The notes under the pieces are model-generated. The model made no database searches and was not told the origin of the DNA. It saw only the letters and a list, made by a program, of their open reading frames with translations. A DNA stretch of 64,000 bases from Cyanidioschyzon merolae (lineage: Eukaryota), in assembly GCA_000091205.1 (NCBI GenBank), contig AP006490.2; one strand, 5' to 3'. Positions 56,561 to 64,000 of this stretch are shown here, one piece after another; position 1 is the first letter of the stretch; each line of letters opens with the position of its first letter. Both the position numbers and the translations under genes were made by a program.

Positions 56561-57783
56561 CCAACCAGCTGCCTCGTTGCCGACGAAGACGCTTTATCCC
56601 AACAAACCGGTGCAAGCACACCCAAAGAGCGTTTTGCACTGAGGTTAACCCTGCTTCCAAGTCCAGATGCGTCTACTTGACCCTGCGACAAACTCAGCAT
56701 TTGATTGGCGCTGCAGTAACCAATTCGCGTCGCCGGCGCCGCAGCGGCGGGCGGACACGCTGTCTGAGCGCGAAGGCTCCATTTCGCGGGGGCGAAGGCG
56801 CCTCCAGGTACGCGCACGTGCACGATGCCCCGGGGCAGTACCGACTTTGTCTGCTGCACGATCGAGGCGTGCGAAGGAAAACTGATGCAGCTGAGAATCC
56901 GATTGCGTCGTTCGCGCGCGACGCTCGAGCTCCAGTTTGGCGTTTGTATCATGCCCAAGCTGGAACGACGCGAATCGGACCTTGGTTGATGCAGACGCTC
57001 TAGAACGCTGGAAGACGCTTTCAGTTGGTTTGTAATAAAAGTTGTGCGTTCGGAGGCACTTGAACTGGATCATTAAGGGCTGGTGCGACCCGGGTGGTGG
57101 CGTTTCTTCTTTAAATAAGTAGGTGCCTATCGGTGACAACCGTATCAGATTCGAGTGGAAACTGAACTGATCGTTCTGTTCCTGCCTTTGGAGTCTTTCC
57201 GAAGCTTTTTAGATATGCAGCTTCGAGATTCGTAGTGCAGCAATATGGGCTTACGTACAATTGCTTTGGTGTAGGATTTCTGGTCATCTTTTCGAAGTGG
57301 CAAGTTCCACGCTTCGCCGCTGGCGTTCGGTATATCAGCGTAAACGAGATGTTTCGAGATTTCGCTGAACAAGTGTTCGCAAAATAACGGATATCATTAT
57401 CCACCTAGTATAAACAAGCGTACACTCTTCCCCGTTCCTTTCGAGTATAATTTTCAAAACACGCAAACCTTGAATTTTCTACATTTGTGTCCCAAAGCGG
57501 CTTGTGGGCGCAGCCGTCGCGCATATAGTTCCCGGAAAGGTACAAAAGCACCGAACCTCGCTCCGCCGTTTTCCGGAGCCAGCGGAACAATACGCGCAAG
57601 CGGACCGGAACAAGGCACTGTTTGCTGGAAACAGTCCTCAGAAACACAGTACAGGTCTTGAGCAGCTGTCTCTGGCGCACGCAAAGCACCCCAGAAAGCG
57701 ATGACCCCATAAGAACCGAACAAGCTCTCCGAAGTATTGCTCGCATTAGAGCTGGAGGAGCGCTACAAATCGTGCGCCAATGA

Positions 57784-60033
57784 TCAAGAGCACCCACAAA
57801 ACCAGTCTGGAATCGGATAGATAGACGAATAGATGCGCCGAAGAACGATATAAATGTGGTCCCGTAGTTTCGTGTCCTTGCAAGTGACTTCACCGGTCTC
57901 GTGGTTCACGATCACTGGCGTGTTTTCGATGACCAATCGCGTCTCGCTCCTTCCCGTTACTTCTACGGAACCGAATCGTTCGGCAAGCAGCCGCCGCGTA
58001 AGACGAAGCTCACGCAATGCATCCTGATCTGGATAACCCTTTGGAGGCTCATGAACAGAACGATCAGCTAGGAAGGCGATCAAGGCGTCCACAATGGCGT
58101 CAGCCTGGAATGACGAATCCCACTCGAATGTGAGGAACCGATACCCAGTTTTTGGCTCTGTCCCAGATATACGAACATGGACGGCACCCTGGACAAGAAA
58201 GACTCGTTCTTCAGAGCCGCACTCGGTGTCTTCGGTCACGACCTTGGAAAACATACCCCGCAGTTCCTCTTCAAAGCTCTCGATACCTCCTCCGAGACAA
58301 AACGGTGCCACGAGTCTTTGCAGAATCCGTGATGTTTTCATCGCTGTGTATTGCTCCAAATCCGAAGGTTCCAGCAGAGAGTACTTATAGTCCCGTTTCA
58401 ATAAAACGCCCGATGCGCGGTGTCCAGCTTCTGGGCGGCTCTTCGCAAATTTGCCGATTGCCTTTCCAATGACCTCACCCTGGAATCGTAATAGAACGGC
58501 TTTCGTATTTCGAGGTGTAAAAATCCGAAGACGCTTTGAATCGTCTTGGTTCGCATCTTTGACACGCATTGTGTCGCGGACACTACCAGTCGTGACCCCC
58601 GAAAGCGGCGCCAGGTTGCTCGGAAGTACATCAACATCTGGCTCGTATACGTCTTTCTCATTCGACCCCACCTGGACAGCAGAGGCCTCCGCAATGGCGG
58701 CCTCAAAGGTTGCTTTGCGATTGAACCGGCTATCTAGCGCTTGTGCCAACCGCTGCATTTCAGATTTCTCCCCGTGAACGAGGACCAGATTCGATGGCCG
58801 GCACTGCTCGATGAACTCGCTCGTCTGCATGAAATCCGAATGAGCAGAGAAGGTTATATAGTCCACAGAGCATCGCAATGGAACATGTTGTCCATCAAGC
58901 CGGGGTACTGTCGCCGGATCCGTCAGAATGTACTTTGCAAGGGTGCCCTGCACAGAGTATCCGGGCAGAATGACGCCATTCCGTCTGTCGCTACACCACT
59001 TCTCGAAGAGGCGACGACTCATGCCGGACTGCAACATCCCGGGTGATGCCATGAATACACAGGGCCCGGAATCCTCGAATTCATCCAGCGATCTAATGTT
59101 CATCACATACTTGAAGGCAAAAGGATTACCGAATCTCCGGTAGCGTTGCTGAATATTCTGGTTCATCTGATGGATATACGTGGAGTAGATGGCCATACAA
59201 CGCTTCGCGATTGATGACGAATAATAAATCGGAATCTCTTGCAATTCCGGATGGGCGTCCCAGTATTCCTCCAGGATGAGCAACAGCTCTTGAGCCCGAC
59301 CGAGCGCAAATACGGGTAAGAGGCATCGACCTCCGCGCTTCACAACTTCTGCAACCCGTTGCGTGAAGCGTGCCTCCCGGACTCGTCGCGGTTCGTGAAC
59401 CTGCACGCCGTATGTCGACTCACAAATCAACACATCGATGTGAATGCCTCGCGGTATCTCTGCTTCCATCAAGTGGCGGTCCTCCTGTCGTGAGAAGTCT
59501 CCTGTGTACAGAACTGAAACACCGGCGACCTCCACGAGGAACATCGCGGCGCCGAGCACGTGCCCGGCGTTGTACGCGCTTATGCGCACACCAGAGACAT
59601 CGATATGCTGATGATAATCGATGCATTCGATACGTGCCATTGTCTGGTTGAGGTCGGACTCTGTGTAAATTATACCAGCGTAGTCCGACGAGCCCACGCG
59701 AACAAAATCACCTATCAGAGAGCGATACACTGCTTTCGTCGGATGCGTCATAAGAATCCTCGCACGCGGGTTTAGATTCGTTTGCGTGACGAGGTACGGC
59801 AGACCAGCACAGTGATCCAGATGAAAGTGGGTTATTAGGATCACATCAATCTCACTGGGATCGATCTCGTCGAAAAACGGCAGAGCAGCAAGTCCGGAGT
59901 ACGCGGGATGCACGCCACAGTCAAAGAGAATCGTTTTCTTTTTAAACTTCAGCACTATACAAGATCGTCCCACCTCGGATCCTGCACCTAACGGTATAAT
60001 AGAGAGCGTGTCATCGTCTGTCGCGGGTGGCAT
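57784..60033 (-). CDS. CPSF3: Cleavage and polyadenylation specificity factor 73-kDa subunit (CPSF3; metallo-beta-lactamase/beta-CASP endonuclease)
   Basis: The N-terminus LSIIPLGAGSEVGRSCIVLKFKKKTILFDCGVHPA and the motif ILITHFHLDHCAGLPYL (HxHxDH) are present. beta-CASP motifs and a CPSF73-type C-terminal domain follow. The track start at 60054 is GTG; the first ATG at 60031-60033 gives 749 aa. Confidence 0.9.
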   Translation of the reverse strand: MPPATDDDTLSIIPLGAGSEVGRSCIVLKFKKKTILFDCGVHPAYSGLAALPFFDEIDPSEIDVILITHFHLDHCAGLPYLVTQTNLNPRARILMTHPTKAVYRSLIGDFVRVGSSDYAGIIYTESDLNQTMARIECIDYHQHIDVSGVRISAYNAGHVLGAAMFLVEVAGVSVLYTGDFSRQEDRHLMEAEIPRGIHIDVLICESTYGVQVHEPRRVREARFTQRVAEVVKRGGRCLLPVFALGRAQELLLILEEYWDAHPELQEIPIYYSSSIAKRCMAIYSTYIHQMNQNIQQRYRRFGNPFAFKYVMNIRSLDEFEDSGPCVFMASPGMLQSGMSRRLFEKWCSDRRNGVILPGYSVQGTLAKYILTDPATVPRLDGQHVPLRCSVDYITFSAHSDFMQTSEFIEQCRPSNLVLVHGEKSEMQRLAQALDSRFNRKATFEAAIAEASAVQVGSNEKDVYEPDVDVLPSNLAPLSGVTTGSVRDTMRVKDANQDDSKRLRIFTPRNTKAVLLRFQGEVIGKAIGKFAKSRPEAGHRASGVLLKRDYKYSLLEPSDLEQYTAMKTSRILQRLVAPFCLGGGIESFEEELRGMFSKVVTEDTECGSEERVFLVQGAVHVRISGTEPKTGYRFLTFEWDSSFQADAIVDALIAFLADRSVHEPPKGYPDQDALRELRLTRRLLAERFGSVEVTGRSETRLVIENTPVIVNHETGEVTCKDTKLRDHIYIVLRRIYSSIYPIPDWFCGCS

Positions 60034-63000
60034 CGCAGACACTCGGAGAGCCACTTGCCCGCCCAGAACAGGTCGTGGAAAACAACAGCAGTTGTACCCC
60101 TTGCGAAACGCGAGCCGAATCCACGGCTTGAGATTGATTGATCGATCGCACTGGACCTGCCCCGACGTGGCGACCCGGTTCTAGAGACAACGAGCGGCGA
60201 GGAGGAGCGCTGGCTGCAGCGCACAGCCGGTGCTGGGCCTTGCTTTTCCGCTGATATCGAATAGACGAGTCTGTACCCATGTCAGAATGGAATAGAACAG
60301 ACCCTTGATGCTAACTCGGAAGTGCACTGTAAAGTAATAGTCTCTTCCCTATGTCAGCGACACCGGGCTTCGGGGAATTTTTCTACGACTGCTTCCTCTT
60401 TCTCACTTTTATCTCCGGGTTGAAATCTGCCGGTCCATTCTTTCCCTGTATCCCCATGGTCAGCACTTGGTGGATGTGGATTGCAGCGTTAAAGTTCCCG
60501 TTTCGCAGATTCCGGCTGTTGTAGACGCATTTGATGTTCAGGTGGTGCTTGGAATCCGCGCACCTCCTGTAAAGTTAATCTTCTTTGTACATAGCATCCT
60601 CTTGAACTTTGGATCGGTGCGACTTTGCCGTGGTCAGGTGTTCTGACACATCCACCATGCGTCGTCCGAGTTCCAACGTATCGTGCGTGAACGCTCGCAC
60701 CATCGCTCGGATTGCACCCTAGACGAGTCCATAAGGCGCTCATCGATGCCCTCCTCGGTTTCCGTACCTAGTTTAGTACCCTACGATCGCATGCTACTTC
60801 TTGCCGATTTGCTTGGCGAGAACTCTGTCCGCTAGAGGCGCAAACGCTTCCTGTCTTATTCGGTAAGGGATTTGCAGCGCGCGATCTTGTAAATAATGAA
60901 ACGAGTTCCGGACGAAAATTTCGGGCTGAATTACAAGTCAGGCATACTCGATCCCTCTACGCTTCCTTCCCGCAAAGCGGTAACGCAAGCTCTACTGGAA
61001 GCGATCGCTTCAGTGACTGAGTTCCGAGGTCAACACATTGTTCCATGCAAATAGCAGAGATAGACCTCTTTGGTACCGGGTCCCGTTATAGGCCCTTGCC
61101 GGTGCCGGATTCCGTCTCGTCGCTGGCCAATAACCGCGATGGATTCGTATTCCGAACGTAATCGATAATTCGATGCGACAAGGTCACTAGTATTTCCGCA
61201 TAAACGTGTAAAGTTGGCGTCAACGGGTCACGTCGAGTTCTCTCCTCGTCAATCGAGCGGCCGAATCGCTGCGGCGACGAGTTGCCCCGAAACTGAAAGA
61301 TCGAAACCGTAACCACTTCGTGATTTGAGCCTGGTAAATGTAAGGAACGAAATCAAATCGAGATTGACACGCACGAATTTGTCGATCATAGAGGTCATCT
61401 TCAGAAACCGAAGTAGAGCGCATCGAGAATCATCTTCATGCCGGTTACGCGGAGAATTACTCCCGCAAAAGATTTGAAGGAGCCACGCTGACCAGGCAAC
61501 CAAACATCCGAAATCCTAGTAGGAATCGATAGGCCCTTATTACTGGGCTTTGAATGTCGAGGCTGTATATTCCAGAATAGTTCGGAAACAAATTGAAAGG
61601 CGGGAACTGAGCGAGGAATTCGGTGTTCCATTTTTGTACAACGTAGGCATAGTGAGACGTATTTGTCCACGTGCAAACTTCGTCCATTTTGAAGCCCTTG
61701 AGGAACTTCAAACAGAAACGGAGACATATCTTATAATGAACACTGGCGGATTTTGCATCGAGACGTGTTCGACGCGCCCTCTCGCAGAGAACTGGACCCC
61801 AAAAGTACCGTACGGGTTATCCAATTGATGCTCAATAGCACAGCAAGTGCGATACGAGTATCATGGGCACTTAATTTGCGCTGGAACCTTGCTCCACTTC
61901 GAAACCGTAATGATCAAAGAGCCACTGTCTCTATGCTTTTAAAAGGATGAAAATGTGCGTACAGCTGCTCGTCAGATCGCTGAGAACAGCATGCAATGGT
62001 ATCGTCTTAGATTGGATGCAAAATCTGAACCAACTTATTCTTCGGGAAATCCTCCAATCCAGCGCGAAACTTCGGCATCTAGATATGCGAAACTTCCGAA
62101 TACAAGAGATAGTGTGGCGCGAGTCTTCCGGCCTGCAGGTCCGGACCTGCGTAAGCCTTGTTTTGCGCGTCAAACGATCTGTGAGCGCCCCAAGTATAAA
62201 GTTCGGTGCTCTCGTGCAGCACACATTCTTATAGGACCCTTACAGACCCGATATCAATTCTTTGTATTCATCTATCTATTCATGCTCTATACTGGCGCTT
62301 TTCCATGCTATGAGAACTCTGAATACGACACACAATTAACCAACCTCAAAGTTTGAACACGTTAGCGTGAGGAAGTTTCCAGTGGGATGCTGTGATTGGA
62401 GCACGCCTGGAATATATTAGTGTGTACATACCTAGCATATTACTCCAGAGTCATGGACTGGCTCAGAAACACCACTCGATGGGGTTTTCTGATATGAACG
62501 GATATCTGCCTCATCGGCAAGATATTGTGCTTCACATGTGATTCGCATACGATATGCGGATCGTTAGGCGCGAATACGCAAATGGGGAGGCTTCAGAGAC
62601 GCCACTAGCTGGCTCTCGGTGATTATTACAACGGCCGTGGCACAAATTTCGCGGAAAATGATTCTGAATTCGCTTCCAACAGCTTCCTGAGCGCCAGTCC
62701 CTAACCAGATACGAGCAAAGTGCCGCCTGACATATGCCGAATATTCTCTAAGCCCGCAACGGTGCGATCAAAATGTCCTTCGTCGCACGCGCTAGTTGCC
62801 AGGGTGCATTGCGCGCATTTCCCAAGCCCCCGACTTCGTGAACTGCATCGAAATATTTTTTGTTCTTCAAAATTTTTGGATAGGAATATGAGCGAGGCAG
62901 CGAAACTTAGTTTTCCGGGTAGTTCATTCAACAAGTAATTCTAGAACATTATAGGGTGTAAGTGGCCATGAAGAATAACTTTTGCGGTGGACTCTGCCTA

Positions 63001-63678
63001 ATTCTGGACGATCGCGCACCAATATATTGCGTCGGCCGCGGTCAGGGGCCACATCGGAAAGTGACTAGAACTTATCGGTGTTCCCAAAGAGGCGTCCGCT
63101 CTGTGGAAACCCGAACGTAAGGGCTCTCGAGCGGGGTGGTAGATGCCCCTTTACTTGTAGGCAAAAATCGCGCATCCGATCGGTCTTTTGATAGTCTCAC
63201 CGATCGCACGCCATGAAAGCAACTGTCCCCAGGTGGTACTTACATCCTGAATTGGCCCATGAAACCGGAAATGTTAACTCGGAGGCCCTGCTCGAATTTG
63301 CTGTGTGCTCAGCGGCCAAAGCGAATGCTCGCTCACCACACTGGGTGCTTTCACAGGATACTGAGTGCGTCGAGTTCTTGTTTCGGTTCCCTTGCTACAC
63401 TCAGAATAAAAACAGAGAATAAGAGACCAGAGCAAGCCTCTTAACGTGAAAGAGCACAATTTTTTCTCGGAACTCTTCTTGCCCGAAGGGTCCAACGTAA
63501 ATCATTGTCAAAAATACTCAGTGCCTGTCTTTCATAACTGAAAGAAGCAGATTGTTCTGGTGCAACTTTCCCTGTTAAGACAGTATCCCCATGCGACACA
63601 GCAACACGGCTGTCGATGAAACTAATAGTATCCATACCATAGGCAATATCCGAAACTGCCCCAGGTCAATAGCGTTAC

Positions 63679-63978
63679 TCAGACTGCTTCCAACACCACC
63701 GCTGTTCCATATGCAGTTACTTCGTTCATAAGATAACCAGCTCCTGAGCCAAACTCACTCGAATCGAAGCGCATGGCGAAGACCGCGTTTGCCCCCAGGG
63801 ACAGCGCATGCTTTGCTAGTTCCTGTAGAGCGTCATCACGTGTGGCAGAGATCATTTTAGTGTACCCGGGCTGCTTTCCACCACGCACCGCACGGAAGCA
63901 GCTCACCCAGTTGCCCCCTATGCTGCGGGTTCTCACTGATGTTCCGTAGACAGGACCGATGACACGAAGAACTCGCAT
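63679..63978 (-). CDS. YbjQ/UPF0145-family protein (bacterial-type small beta-barrel). The 5' end lies at the window edge
   Basis: SVRTRSIGGNW...GGKQPGY...RDDALQELAKHALSLGANAVFAMRFDSSEF......AYGTAVVLE matches the YbjQ pattern (V.G.N..RD......GG.S..Y......AR.EAL..M...A..LGANAV.G.R.D.......M..V.A.GTAV.L). The ATG is at 63976-63978, only about 20 nt from the end of the window. Confidence 0.55.
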   Translation of the reverse strand: MRVLRVIGPVYGTSVRTRSIGGNWVSCFRAVRGGKQPGYTKMISATRDDALQELAKHALSLGANAVFAMRFDSSEFGSGAGYLMNEVTAYGTAVVLEAV

Positions 63979-64000
63979 GCCAGGGCAATCATTCGTGGTA

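Overview
This is a eukaryotic nuclear locus with about 53-56% GC in the genic parts. Genes lie on both strands and almost all are single uninterrupted ORFs, so the genome is intron-poor. Plastid-type genes are present: an LPOR homolog and two SUF Fe-S genes, SufD and SufS. The SufS presequence is a simple transit-peptide style one. Together these suggest an intron-poor alga with a primary plastid, possibly a unicellular red alga; this is low-confidence inference only.

Recognisable housekeeping genes:
- BCKDH E1-alpha, an AAH1-type adenine deaminase, a syntaxin-16/Tlg2 Qa-SNARE, DENR, and a signal peptide peptidase
- thiamine pyrophosphokinase, RNA polymerase subunit RPB6, APC5, an RCC1-repeat protein, and CPSF73
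- a TBCC-domain protein and a fucosyltransferase-like glycosyltransferase

The unusual content is:
1. A tandem pair of paralogous secreted-protein genes at 1.3-7.2 kb. Both have kelch blades followed by a long Pro/Thr linker. One ends in a hedgehog-type Hint/Hog autoprocessing domain. The other ends in trefoil-like cysteine-rich modules and carries an in-frame TGA.
2. A eukaryotic TnpB/Fanzor-like nuclease gene at 10.3-12.4 kb. It contains 27-aa acidic tandem repeats, one frameshift and one in-frame TGA.
3. An LPOR homolog broken by a 1-nt frameshift and lacking an ATG-initiated transit peptide.
4. DNA-level tandem repeats: a roughly 1-kb imperfect (ACN-CCN)n array, a 135-bp x3 satellite, 81-bp x4 coding repeats and a CAG/CAA tract.

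Gene-poor stretches at 17.9-21.7, 30.6-35.7, 37.7-41.2, 43.5-46.5 and 60.3-63.6 kb contain no ORF I can assign. No rRNA, tRNA or CRISPR could be supported by eye. Many ORF-track M residues are non-ATG starts (GTG/TTG/CTG); where noted, coordinates were moved to the first plausible ATG.
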